Part shown: positions 39,393 through 51,255 of the stretch, piece after piece
Layout of the letters: each line of letters opens with the position of its first letter
Numbering within the stretch: the stretch's first letter is position 1
DNA from: Rebecca billardiae RCC1528
Taxonomy: Eukaryota > Protista > Haptophyta
Assembly: GCA_965240325.2 (NCBI GenBank)
Contig: OZ251223.1
Coordinates: 3,906,001-3,970,000 of the forward strand
Length of the DNA: 64,000 nucleotides
Reading direction: 5' to 3'
Program-made: the position numbers and the translations under genes
Notes under the pieces: generated by a model
The model's database searches: none
Seen by the model: the letters and a program-made list of their open reading frames with translations, nothing else
Told to the model about the DNA's origin: nothing

Positions 39393-40682
39393 CAGGTCTC
39401 TCTTCGGAGAGCGTGCGATGAAGGATGGCGCGGCAACCTGCCACCGTGAGCCTTAAGCGTGGCGAGGGCTCGTGGGTGAACGAGCACGAGCGCCCACTGG
39501 CGGGTCGCCACGACGGCGCACGATGTTCGCTCAACTCACCTGGTCGTGGGACGTCGTCTGCGCACGCGCCAGGTCGCGCTTCTCGCCGCCTTCGCCTTGT
39601 TTCATGAGTCCCGCGCACAAGGGCGAACGCCAGCGTTTCAAGCCGCAAGACGCGTGCGCGGACTCAGGAAGGGCGGACTCCGAGGCAAGGCGCGGTTGCG
39701 CTGGCGTGGGTAGGTCCCAGAGCAACCGTCCGAGCCGCTGCACACGCTTTTCCTCTGCGCGCGCGTCTCTGAGCTCGGTTCCCATGCCTCAGCCAGTGCC
39801 AGGGGCTAATTGGACAGTGCCATTGCGGCCGCCACGCGCGGAGACGGGCCCGCAGCGCAGAAGCGCGCTGCGGCGCAACTCCAGGGACCCCCTGAAGTCC
39901 GTCCCTGGCGCCCCTTCGACCCCAATGCTCCCAGAGAGGCCTCCGCGTGAGTTAGGTCCGCCACTGTCCAGTTCACCCGTATCCACCCGTGTACGCACGT
40001 TAAAACAAATAAACTGTATACAACCGTCCGCAAGCCCAAACCGCCTACGACGTTTTGTGGACGACGGTGGGGCGAGGACGACGGGCGCTGGCGCGCCGCG
40101 AGGCGGCCGCAGCCCTCATCCAGGCCTCGCAGGCGGACGGCTGAACAGAATTTTTTTCCGGCGGCGCTACCATCGGCGACGGCTTCATGGGCGGTGACAG
40201 TTGGCGAATGGCGGGCGTCAATCTCGCCTGCCTGAGCTGTGTGCGTCTCTTATTCTGAGTAAACTGTAGTAGTACAAGCATTTCAATTTGATTCGTCGTC
40301 CCCGAGGTCGCTCGGTGATGACTGATGAGCCGCAAGTTGAGCAGCAGTGATTCGGCCGAATCGGCGGCAGGTTTGGCAGCTCTGCCCGGCCCGGGGCGGC
40401 GGCAAAGCGCTGCTGCGGCTGGCAGGTAGCGTTTCGCCCCTGGCAGCGTCTCCAGTCATCCGCTCGTCGTCCGCACTGTGGCTGAGCGGGAGTACAGTTT
40501 ACTAAGAATAAGAGACGCACACAGCTCAGGCAGGCGAGATAGTACTGGCGTGCTCTAATGCGTAATGAGGTCATGGGTTCAAACCAGAGTTCCAGGTCTC
40601 TCTTCGGAGAGCGTGCGATGAAGGATGGCGCGGCAACCTGCCACCGTGAGCCTTACGCACGTTAAAACAAATAATGAACTGT
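39393..40682. repeat. Mosaic of dispersed repeat fragments and a local duplication
   Basis: 40593-40682 = 39393-39454 fused to 39993-40018. 40047-40122 matches 34756-34834. 40150-40269 matches 56910-57022. Confidence 0.75.
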
Positions 40683-41543
40683 ACTCAGCCCACTGAGTAT
40701 CAGTACTGCTGTACTGTGTACACTGTAACTACACCGCGCCGGCGGCGCCCATCGGCGCCCCCGAGTGGCGAGTCCGCCGTCCGCGCGGGGCTGTTGGATT
40801 CGGAGCCAGCCCTGGCAACGCCAACTCGTACACCGAAGGCGCCAGTCCGCGTCGCCGGGCCGCTCCGATACGGAGGCACGAGCATGAGAGCGGGGCCGCA
40901 GACCCTCAAGACCGCGCGCGGCCCGCAGAGTGCGTCGGACCTGGTAAAAAGTTAGAATCTTACTTGAGCAGATTAGTGAATCTGTTAGATGATTCAATGA
41001 TATATTGGCAATTACGTTAATGAACTGAATCATTCTTAAATAATCAGAATATCCACATGTGACATTGGACGGCCGTTACGCGCGGGCTGTTATACGTACG
41101 TCCGTGACGGTCGTCAGGGCTTCGTTAGTGGCGTAAGTGCCGTAACATGCGGCACGCTTCAGGCCTTCAGTCAGACTCAGAGTGAGTTCAGACCTTCAGT
41201 CGTAGAAATTGTAGTTCGATTATTACGGTCCGATATGTATAAATTATAATGAATTTTAATACAATTATAATATCGAATTCAGCACCGCCTAGTATTATTA
41301 TTAAGATTTAATCAGCAGTATTCTCATCAGCCTTCACTAAGCTACTAAGTTACCTACTAGTACTATTCGGACGGCGCGGTTATTGTATACATATATTTAC
41401 TATTTGTAGTAAGCTAATCAGTAATGTTCATTAATGCCGCATACGCCTACGTACTCGTGGCGTCGTGCCCTACTAACTTGGTATGCCCGCCTGGCTCAAA
41501 CATTGAATCGTTGATGAACATCTTGAGCAGGCAGTCTCAGCAG

Positions 41544-42698
41544 TCAGTAGCACTGGTTGGTCACGCCCGCCTCGGCGATGGCCTTACGAGATGGGCATCC
41601 GGCAAGGCAGCCCGTCGGGAACGACGGGTCCTCTGCGACCGGCCTTGGCGTCTCGCCGAAGGACCACTGGCATTCCTGCGTCTCAAAGTTGGGGCTGACG
41701 GTGAGCGGTAGCCGCAGGTCCTCGGCGAAGAAGCGCTGTGCCGGCAGCTTGCACTGGTGCAGGCACAGCCCCTTGCACCCCGACTCCTGCAGGAAGCGGC
41801 ACTTCTCGACGACGAGGCCGCCAAGCTGCCCATCGGCGCGGTAGTTCGGCGTGCTCGGCCCGACGAGAAACTTGAAGAAGAGTGGCGTCACCCACGACGT
41901 GAGCGCGGGCGCCCACGGCCACGGGCCAAGCTGGGTCTCGCCATACACGCCTGACATGAACGTGCGGTAGAAGGGAGGGCCCACTGGAGTGAAGAGGCGA
42001 CGGAGCACGGTGACGACCATCTGCTCCTGCTCCTCCTCCGACGCGCGCAGCATGTACGTCCGCCCCTCCTCCGCGAGGCCCGCCATCGCCGGCTTGGGCG
42101 ACGTGTAGTCTATCTCCTCCTCGACGAAATTGCGGAAGATGCGCAGCAGCAGCACGTCGAGAGGCGACTCGGTGTACGTGGCGTTCGGGAGGGCGCAATC
42201 GGGCACGGTGCCGTCCGACGGTCTGGCCGAGGCCGCAACCACATCGGCCGACGCACCGAACACGGGTACATCCTGCCGATTGGGAAGCTCCTCCCGAGGA
42301 ATCTCGGCGCCGAGTTCAGCGACAGCTGCCATGTACGCACTCCTGTCGAGCGCGAGCAGCCGGGCCAGCGCGCCGTGGCGGCGGCGATTCCAGCGAAGCC
42401 TCTCCAAGCCCTCGAACGACCCATCGCGCACGTGCGCATGCGCCTCGCGAAGCACCTGCGACGCGCGATCGACGTCCGCAAAGGCGAGCTCGGCCGAATC
42501 GCCCGCGATGTTGAGCACCTTGCGTGCGGCACCGCCAAGCGCGTCCACGAGCTCGTTGCCGGCATCGACAGCCCGTATGGACACACGCGAATGGACCGGG
42601 CGCGCAGATGCCCATGGAGGCCGCGTGCCCACCGCGGCGTTCGCGCTACCGTGCAGCATCGCCACGCAGAAAATCGTCTTGATGGGCGGCGTCGTCAT
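41544..42698 (-). CDS. D27: Beta-carotene isomerase D27-like protein (DUF4033)
   Basis: FLVGPS...VVEKCRFLQESGCKGLCLHQCKLPAQRFF...LTVSPNFETQECQWSFG; signal/transit-like N-terminus. Confidence 0.9.
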   Translation of the reverse strand: MTTPPIKTIFCVAMLHGSANAAVGTRPPWASARPVHSRVSIRAVDAGNELVDALGGAARKVLNIAGDSAELAFADVDRASQVLREAHAHVRDGSFEGLERLRWNRRRHGALARLLALDRSAYMAAVAELGAEIPREELPNRQDVPVFGASADVVAASARPSDGTVPDCALPNATYTESPLDVLLLRIFRNFVEEEIDYTSPKPAMAGLAEEGRTYMLRASEEEQEQMVVTVLRRLFTPVGPPFYRTFMSGVYGETQLGPWPWAPALTSWVTPLFFKFLVGPSTPNYRADGQLGGLVVEKCRFLQESGCKGLCLHQCKLPAQRFFAEDLRLPLTVSPNFETQECQWSFGETPRPVAEDPSFPTGCLAGCPSRKAIAEAGVTNQCY

Positions 42699-42798
42699 CA
42701 CGGTCGATCGCAAATTCGCACGACCAGCGCAATCGGCACGACGACACGACCAAAGAAACACGACCTCCCCAGCCCGGCGAATGCCTCCGGCTTTATTT

Positions 42799-43492
42799 CA
42801 GGTGCATCTAATCTCCCGTAACGGTCGAGCACCCCTCGCTAGGCGAGGGGTGCGGCGGAAACAACAGTGGCAACCCGGGGACTTTGTCCCCGCGCCCCTA
42901 TCGCGGGCTCTGGCGCGCGAACGCTTTGTCACTACTGGATCCCCGAGGTGGAGAGCGGCGCTCCGTGCACCAACAAAGACATCCCCAGCCGCATGTTGCC
43001 ACTCGACACCTCGTCTCGCTTCGCGCGGAGCCAACTTGTGGTGTGCGGGAGCTACCCGAAGCACAGGCTGTGCTGCACGCGGCGCGTCGCGAGTCGGGAG
43101 TGCATCGGCGCACGCGGCGGCGCACGACGTGCCATGGGACAGACATGAGTATGTACTCAACGGATTGCGCGTGCGACGCCTTCGCGATGCACTGTTGACC
43201 CGCCACGCGCGTCGCTACACGGCCCAGTGTGCTACGGGTGGCTCCCGCACACCACAAGTTGGCTCCGCGCGAGGCAAGACGAGGTGTCGAGTGGCAACAT
43301 GCGGCTGGGGATGTCTTTGTTGGTGCACGGAGCGCCGCTCTCCACCTCGGGGATCCAGTAGTGACAAAGCGTTCGCGCGCCAGAGCCCGCGATAGGGGCG
43401 CGGGGACAAAGTCCCCGGGTTGCCACTGTTGTTTCTGTTGGCGGTGTCGCAGAGCGACCCGCCGGCCGTTACAGGGCCATTAGAAGGCGGTG
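42799..43492. mobile_element. MULE-type foldback MITE with long TIRs
   Basis: Near-perfect ~200-bp inverted arms at 42858-43065 and 43227-43435, with imperfect outer arms; 9-bp TSD GCTTTATTT (42790-42798 and 43493-43501). Confidence 0.8.
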
Positions 43493-43532
43493 GCTTTATT
43501 TCTCGTCTTGCTCACGTCGAAAGCGGAATCTC

Positions 43533-46097
43533 CAGGGTCTCCAACATTCAACTGGACACTTTGGGCATCATGCAGCAAGCTCAGCGTACGGCCTGTGGCT
43601 GCCTCGCGCGGGGTCAGGGGCGGCCAGCTCGGCTCGTGTGCACCCCACTAGGTCTGTCTGCGACCGCGCATAGCCGGGCAGCCCGCGTTGAGCACCCCTC
43701 TGGGTCATGCGGACAGTCGGTAGGGGGGCCAAAGTGGCACTGTAGCGTTACTGACGGCCACGAGCGCGGGTCCTAGCGAGTGTTTAGAGCTGATTTCGGG
43801 CTGGATCATTTGCCCTCTGGAGGGGTCTGGGCCGGCCACGTAAAAAAATCAGGTGCACATACCCTGAATATAGGGCGTAACGGCTAGCATATTTACTTAT
43901 TAGAATGAGCCTGAACTTATTGGAAACGGTATGTAACGGTCGTCCTATATGTGACATATAGACCATGTCGACCTCACTTTGATAGAGCATCTCAGCGAGA
44001 TCGTTCTGAGTCCCCAGCAGCAGCAGGTCCCAACATGCGATATAGGCTGTGTACTGGCAGGCTGTCAAATACGTAGTTTCATAGAAGCCACCGATCGTTA
44101 CATACCCACTGTGTATATAGGCGCCATGCTGATGAATACAGCCTCGTCTGATCTCGAGCTGCGAGATACGTTTTCAGACTGTGTATACGGCCACGCGTAC
44201 GGCGTATTGCAGACATAGTAGACCCAAAGCACCGGCCCCACGTCCTTAGCCCGGGAGTGCTCTCGGTCATAGTCAAGGTTTAAAGTGACTCGAGCCAACC
44301 GTCACCGCTCCCTGGCCGAGACCTACGAGGCAGGTCAAATCTGTCGTCGTCGCAGTGCGGCACAGTGCCGAGCATGCGATTCGGCAGCAAACGTCTGCTC
44401 CAGGCGGTGGCTGGCGTGTCTGCACCAAACCAGGCTGGATGGGATTGGTCCATATAGGTACGCACTACCCTGTTCCGCGCTATTTCTGGGCTTAGGGGCG
44501 GATATTCGGCCTACAGAGGCTGATCCGGCGCTGTTCGGCGCTCCTGGCTGGCTGCGCGGAGCCCAACGGCAAGCGCCGGCGTGTGCAAGGTGTCAAGATT
44601 GAGACGGTCTCTGACGCTCCCGCCGGTCTTGGGCGCACCAGGGTGCATGAGGGCCCATCTGCATCTGCTTCTGCAGGCATGAGCGTCACAGGGGCGCGCT
44701 TGCAGGCACGGTCGAGTGCACGTCGGACCTGTCGAATGAGCCAACCGCTGCCTGCGAGCACGTCCGCGACGTCCTGAGAGGCGAATGGGAGGCGCCCAGA
44801 CGCCATCAGAGGGCACACGTGACCCATACCCAACGTACTGACCATCGCAAGTGCCACGGCAGGTGCAAACACGGGCCCTACAAGCGGAACATGACAGTTG
44901 CGAGCTCCGCGGAGGTGTTGCGCGCGAGCTCGCGCCGGTCTGCTGACGGCGATTCCGGCGCAGCAGGGCAGGTTAGGCGAGCTGGGCATCCACATACATA
45001 CATGGGCACTTGGTGCGAGCATCGATCTCAACTGTGCGAGTTGATCATGAGCCACACCGTGCGGTAGCGTGACGGGCGCACGCAGCGCGCCAATTCAAGC
45101 CGGCCGACGCGCGCCGCGCACGGCGCGAGATGGCCAAGAAGCGGGTGGTGAGCCGCTGGTGGCGCAAAGGCACGGGTCAGTAGCGCCCACCAGCGTCACG
45201 CGCGCGCGCACCCGAGACCATCTCGGCGTCTCAAAGGTCGCGAGCGCGCGGCGGTCCACTGCCTCCGGCCGCTCGCGCTGGAGCGGAACCGAGCTCTGAG
45301 CGTCCGAAGGCGTGAAGCTCGATTTTCGAGCGGGGTCCGAGAAAAAGGCTCCGCGCCACCCTAAAAGGCCGAGGGCGGAGCGAAAATGCGACGCGACTTT
45401 GCTTTTCATTTTTAAATGGGCGGTTTGGCCCCCCTACTGAGTCGGCACAAGGCTGGTCGCGAGGGCCGTGCCAAGCAGCCGTGAGTGGCTTCTGCGCATG
45501 TCTGTAGCCAGCATTCAGCAAGCCCTCTCAAGGCCGCGCAGATATTATCACGTGGCATGGTCGATGACTATGCGGCATGCGCTTGACAGCCCTGGGCAAG
45601 CCCGGGCGTAGCGCTACACCAGGAGTATATACGGCCCGATCGGACCAGCCTACCAGTTGCGCACCTCCCTTGGGCCCGCCTTGCACAGCTGCTGCACAGC
45701 CCATCGATCGGCTCTGGCCGTGCAGGCAAGGGCTACAGTCAGCGCCACTACCCGCAGCGAACGCTGGAGGCCCACCAGTGCGCAAACCAACCCGCCCGCC
45801 GCCAAATGCAACCGTGCGCCAGATACGAATTTTAGCTGGCATGCCCACCCGCGGGGGCTCCGTGGACCTGCTCTGACTCAGTGACAGTGTTCAGAGCCAA
45901 CCGCTAGTCGTAAGTCGGTTGAGCTGTGCATCCAAGCCAGCCCTGGCCACATGCTGAGCGCGCCGCTCGCTGCAACCACATCCTGTCGTCATCCGAGGAG
46001 TAAGGTCCATGGCGCTACCGCCTACTGTGAGCCTCTGGCCCATCTCATATATCTTAGTCAGCAAAAATCACTGCCCGAACAATTGTTGGGGACCCTG
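43533..46097 (+). mobile_element. Tc1/mariner-type MITE copy 2, split by a nested insertion
   Basis: 43533-43720 plus 45437-46097 reconstitute 27348-28129. Confidence 0.85.
43721..45436. mobile_element. hAT-like non-autonomous element nested in the MITE
   Basis: Perfect 13-bp TIRs TAGGGGGGCCAAA/TTTGGCCCCCCTA. Degenerate target duplication (CAGTCGG vs CtgAGTCGG). Absent from MITE copy 1. Confidence 0.75.
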
Positions 46098-46429
46098 TAA
46101 ATGATGACTAAATCCGCCCATCGGAAAATATTAGAAGCGTCCCGCGTCCGCCCGCCCGCCGTCCCGGGGGAAAATGCGCGTCGTGGATATTGGCCGCGGA
46201 TTGGCACCCGCCAGCCAGGCGGCGGCCCGCGGGCGGGCTCACACTGCCCAGCGCTGTCCGTGCAGACTGCAGCCTGTTTCACAGTCACTTTCACTGCGTT
46301 AGTTTATTACTGTAACTTGAGTTTCGGTATATGCGAGATTTGACGGTCTGCGCTGCTGCATTAATATTCATATTATTATTTGAATACCAACGGCGCTGCG
46401 TCCTAAATATTTTACTTAGCTGCAATTGA

Positions 46430-47485
46430 CTACTGGCGACGATTCGGTCGGTGGTCGCCAATGCCAGGGTCACCGAAAAGCTGCCATCGGGACTCTCGCA
46501 TCGGCCCCCAAGGGTCGGCTGGCACATTGATAATAGCGAGCGTCGCATGTGACGAGCCGTGGCTCGACTCCTTCACAGGCACAGAGACGGACGCTGTGTC
46601 ATCCATAAAATCCAAGACTTCGGTCCACTTGACTGGGCGCGGAGCACCCCGTGCGCAGGAGAGCCGAAGCACTCTCTCGTGCAGTGCTATGTCCCCAGGA
46701 TACATGGCAGTTACCAGGTTGCGTGTTCGCGTGCATGCCAAGAGCAGGGTGCGGAAAGCAACGCACTTGTTCTTTGCTTTATACTGCTGCACACGGGAGC
46801 CATTAAGACCAAACCACGCGGGCACGTGAGCCCACGCCTCGTATGGAATGAGAAAGTCCGCCTTGCGTGCGAATGCCAGCTGCGGTACCATGTGACAGCC
46901 CAAGGCACCGCCTCGCTTCATCTCAATGCGCAGCTGCTTTTTTGCCCAGTTCTCGAGCTTTGAGCAACTGCAGCGACGTTCGGTGGATCTGCTAGGGTTG
47001 AACTGGCTCACCCAGTAATCAAAGGAACTAACCAGGCGATCCATGGGTGCGCGCAAGATCGCATACGATCCTGACACGCGCTTGCGGGGGGGCGTGTGCC
47101 ATGGAGGGCATATCAATCCGCTCCGCGCATCCGTGTGCATCATCTGGGCATATGCAACTCTAAAAAAGGTGCCGTTAATTCCCACGCCCCGACCAGAGGC
47201 CTTGACCAGTGCTGAAGACGCGAGAATGCCCAGCTGCGACTGCAGCGCGTGAGTGAGGGACGAGCCACCAGTCTTCGGCACGTGTAGGAGCTTGCGAGGA
47301 TCGATTTCGGATGCGCCCGTGATGTTGCGCGTGCCCAAGGCCAAGGCGCAGGCAACGGGTGCGGGCAGCAGACGCGACGTGTTCTGCATGCTGACATCGC
47401 GTGCTCGGGCGCCCTTGCCAGGTGAGCACGTTGCAACTGAAAGCAGTGTCGTGGCAAGACAGCGGCGCAGCCAATCCGCCCGCAT
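46430..47485 (-). CDS. Sulfotransferase (Sulfotransfer_2-like), signal-anchored
   Basis: 5'-PSB LLHVPKTGGSSL, 3'-PB ILRAPMDRLVSSFDY, HMVPQ. Confidence 0.85.
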   Translation of the reverse strand: MRADWLRRCLATTLLSVATCSPGKGARARDVSMQNTSRLLPAPVACALALGTRNITGASEIDPRKLLHVPKTGGSSLTHALQSQLGILASSALVKASGRGVGINGTFFRVAYAQMMHTDARSGLICPPWHTPPRKRVSGSYAILRAPMDRLVSSFDYWVSQFNPSRSTERRCSCSKLENWAKKQLRIEMKRGGALGCHMVPQLAFARKADFLIPYEAWAHVPAWFGLNGSRVQQYKAKNKCVAFRTLLLACTRTRNLVTAMYPGDIALHERVLRLSCARGAPRPVKWTEVLDFMDDTASVSVPVKESSHGSSHATLAIINVPADPWGPMRESRWQLFGDPGIGDHRPNRRQ

Positions 47486-47641
47486 CGTATCGCAGCGGAC
47501 CCTGGGACTCGTGATGGATTCTGCGGCTGATGCGATGATCTATTGTGCAGTATTGTAGTACACGGAAGTGCATGTTGCCGCGATGTGATCGATCATCGAT
47601 CTCGATCTCGGCAGATCCGCCGGTCCGGACGCCAAGGTACC

Positions 47642-48412
47642 ATGATGGCGGCTGTGGATGATCTTGACAGGCTGGTGGAGAAGCGCGGGCTGCGTGCGCA
47701 CAATCTCGATGCCTTGCATGCCATGCCGCCGGGCGAGACAGACTCGCAGATGATGCTCAACGGATATATTGACAGCGTGCTGGAGATATCCATGGCGCTC
47801 GAGGAAGCAGGAACGGCAAGCGGCTTTGCGCATGGCGAGTACGACGATCTTGTGGAGCTCGTTGATCGCCCACGCCCACTCCCTGCTGGTGAGGCACAGC
47901 CCGACCCTGACCGCCTCGAGGCTCTAAAATGGCGGCGAGGGGCGGCTAGATATGCGGCCGCGTCGATGTGGATCAACGCAGCACACGGCTCGTCCGAGGT
48001 CACTCGTTGCGTCAGCGCGCTCAGTACGAGTCCAAAGCTAGCCGATGCGCTCGAACAGGGAGAACATGCGCTCCAAGCGCTCCTCGCCGACTCCGCTGGC
48101 CGTTTTGACGCGGATGATGTAGTTGGCAACCACGGCAGTGCCGAATTGCTTCGTTTGGGCATCAGGAGCGATGCGCACGTTCTCGCATGCATGTATGCAG
48201 CCGAAATGGCCTATTGGCGAGCTTGCTCCCACGGGGACCTCCGCTCGCCAGCTGCAGCTCGCTGGCTGGATGTGGCCGTGCGACACGCCAGCCTGTACAT
48301 CCGCATCGCGAGAAACCTGCTCCCAGCGCCAGCAGGCTGGGATTGCAGGCGAGCAGAGGAGATCATTGAGGCTTCGTCATCACGCTCGACGCCAACGGCA
48401 ACGGCGCCGTGA
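47642..48412 (+). CDS. RIMOC1/C5orf51-like protein (RAB7-interacting MON1-CCZ1 complex subunit)
   Basis: LEALKWRRGAARY, GIRSDAHVLACMYAAEMAYW and GWDCRRAEEII match remembered C5orf51 motifs in order. Confidence 0.7.
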   Translation: MMAAVDDLDRLVEKRGLRAHNLDALHAMPPGETDSQMMLNGYIDSVLEISMALEEAGTASGFAHGEYDDLVELVDRPRPLPAGEAQPDPDRLEALKWRRGAARYAAASMWINAAHGSSEVTRCVSALSTSPKLADALEQGEHALQALLADSAGRFDADDVVGNHGSAELLRLGIRSDAHVLACMYAAEMAYWRACSHGDLRSPAAARWLDVAVRHASLYIRIARNLLPAPAGWDCRRAEEIIEASSSRSTPTATAP

Positions 48413-49027
48413 GCAGCGTGAGTGAGGAGCGTGACGGAGTGCGAGAGAGCCGAGAGACGCGGCGCTAAGCTAGCCGCGCACGCGATATGTAGCTATAGAT
48501 GATCAATCATACCAGGTAGAATTTATAAATATAGATCGAAAGAGCGTCGCGCCGGCGCGATGCTATCGGCGCCGTCCCTGACTGAGTACAGAGTAACTGA
48601 CTTGAGCAGGACAAATAGAAGTGAGATAGATCACCGCGTGTCTACTAGCTGCGTCACTGTTACCACTGGAGTGCCCCGTCCAGGACAGACCGCAGTAGTC
48701 ATCCGGGCAGTATCGTCCGGACTCTCAAGCTCCTGCTGTAATTCACTAATTATAATACTCAGCCAGTAGTCCTATAACATTAGTCCCGCGCAGCGCAGGT
48801 GGATCGCGCTCCAGCAGCTCAAGCGGGCCGCACTCAAGCCATTCGATCGCGGTTCAGGCCATGCTCTGCCACCAACGCCGACTTCGTGTCGACGATCGGG
48901 CACTGCCGACGACGATTCAGGAGACATGCGCCGTCCTACCTGTGTCGTTAAATCATAGGATGAGTCTCACTCTCCACGGTTGTAGTACCATTATTACGAC
49001 AACCGCCAGCAGCGCATATTATAATAT

Positions 49028-50729
49028 GAGCCGACGTCAGTTGTATTGCCGCTTTGGATAGTGTGGTCAGTTGTATTGCCAAAAGCACGTTATGACTACC
49101 GTGGTCAGTTGTATTGCCGTTTTCAGTAGTATGGGTCAAGAATATTGCCGCTTTTGGATAGTGTGTCAACAATATTGCCCCTCAAATACTGGTTTCAAAC
49201 CAATGACCCTTTCACACTACTTGGTTCACGAATATTGCCGTTTTCGAGCTTGAACATAGTCTGCTCAGAAATATTGCCCTTTTCATAACTATGTGTCAGT
49301 TGTATTGCCGCCAGCAGCTGGTGGCTGGGGCACGACCCGCACTCAGACAAGAGACTCGTGCAGCCCGTGTGCGCGTGCGTGCAGAGCTGCGACTGCCTGC
49401 GCGCGGCATGCGCAGGATACGCGACTGCAACCAACCGACATGCCATCATCATGCGGCCTGCGTAGCTCATCTTGACTTCGAGTAGCAGTCGGCGCTTCCC
49501 GTCGCCGTCGCGCTTGCCGCCCGCCGGCGGCCGGCCGCCAGCGCCATCGGGACTGCTGCTACTTCAGCGGCCACGTGAACCGCATCGCGTCCCATGCCAC
49601 TGCACGCGCCGCCTCAAGCTGCGACCGCGCTCGCCAAGCCTGCCAGTCGGGTTCCAGCAGCAGCAGGAAGCGTCGCCTGCCCCTCCTGCTTGCTGGCTCG
49701 TCGAGGCGCGCGCGGCGCACCGCCCGCCAGTCGGTGCGTTGTGTCCCAGCTGGCAGTACGCCTTGGACTTCCTCCTCCACGGGCCAATCAGCCTGCGTTG
49801 ACGAGTGCGACTGGCGCACGGTCAGCCACCTGCACACGGTTGGCCACAGGGCAGTCTGCTGTTGGAGTGATGACAATCGCAAAAAGGCACGCGCCAGCAG
49901 TGTTGCACGAGCGAGAGCGACGCGCGTTGGTTGATCGCCACGGTGTGAATGACAGTCGATGGCAGGCAGTGAGGGGGACGCGCGTCGCGTTAGTCAAGCT
50001 CCTTGAGGCCGTTGAAGAGCACACGCCCGTCGTGCACGTTCGACTCCCGCGAATCGGGGCGCAGCAACACACGCTCACCCTGCTTCACGCATGCACCTGC
50101 ATGCGCTGCCGTCGCAATGTCATCGACTGCGCGCTTGACGGTCCCGGAGTCGAAGTGAGCACGGAGCAACGCCGATTCGATAGAAGTCGCGACGGATTCT
50201 CGCCCGTCTCCGCGTAGACGGCGAGTAGCCCGAGGTGCACGCGCGTGTTGCACTGCGTGCGCATGCGGCAGCGTTTGTGCAGATTCCGGTCCACGGTTCA
50301 GCTCATCATTCGACTTGATGATGTCGAGGAACACGGCGCTACCCCGGCAGAGATCGTCGTCGTTGAACGTCACTCTTCTGGCCTGGGATCAGCTAGGCCT
50401 GCTCAAGGGCACGCCGCGCACGCCGGCGGCGCGTGGGCGCAAGCGCCATCATCAGCGCGTGGGCGATCGCGGCAACAAACCTGAATCAAAGAAGCGCAAA
50501 CGGCAACACAACTGACCCACACTACGCGACGGCAATACAGCTGGACAAAGTATTGGGCCATCATCCACGGCAATACACCTGACACAAGTATTCGACGTTG
50601 GCAACAAGATTGACACGTGATTCCCAAACATGGAAAACGGCAATACACCTGACCACGGTAGTCAAAACGTGCGTTTGGCAATACACCTGACCACACTTTC
50701 CAAAACGGCAATACAGCTGACATTATCTC
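49028..50729 (-). mobile_element. MULE (Mutator-like) element with decayed transposase remnants
   Basis: GAG...CTC termini; 9-bp TSD TTATAATAT (49019-49027 and 50730-50738); TIRs built of repeated TATTGCC motifs. The minus strand reads FCDCHHSNSRLPCGQ (SWIM-like) and YCQLGHNAPT (zinc-knuckle-like), with stops. Confidence 0.85.
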
Positions 50730-50771
50730 TTATAATATTGTCGTCAATGTGAGCACAACATTATTGATTGC

Positions 50772-50940
50772 TGTGTGTGTGTGTGTGCATACACGTGTGT
50801 GTCGGTGCGGGTCGGCAGCAGTGTGTGTGTGTGTGTAGTGTGTGTCGGTGTGTGTGTGTGTGTGCATGAGTGTGTGTGTGCCGAGATGTGTGTACCGTGT
50901 AGCGGTATCGATATGAGTATATATATATATATAGATTATA

Positions 50941-50976
<36 letters not shown>

Positions 50977-51016
50977 AGAGAGAGAGAGAGCCTCTATTCT
51001 CTAAGTTATTAAAGCT

Positions 51017-51086
<70 letters not shown>
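50772..51086. repeat. (GT)n, (TA)n and (GA)n microsatellite cluster
   Basis: Direct reading. Confidence 0.95.
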
Positions 51087-51093
<7 letters not shown>

Positions 51094-51255
51094 GGATCGC
51101 AGCCTACTGCGGCTCGTCTCACGTCCCTGCCACTCGCCCTCGCCTCCGCCGGCGGCTCCGCGCAGACTCTCGAGTGAGCAGACTCTCGAGATGGCACCCG
51201 CCGACAAGGCCGCAAAGCGACCCTCACCCGGTAGGGGTTCGCGCATATCGCCAGA

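Noticed and set aside
49030-49310. Regularly spaced ~15-20-bp repeats resembling a CRISPR array
   Set aside because: The repeats are degenerate, the spacers are related to each other, and the array is mirrored in inverted orientation at 50510-50725 inside a 9-bp TSD. The context is eukaryotic and there are no cas genes.
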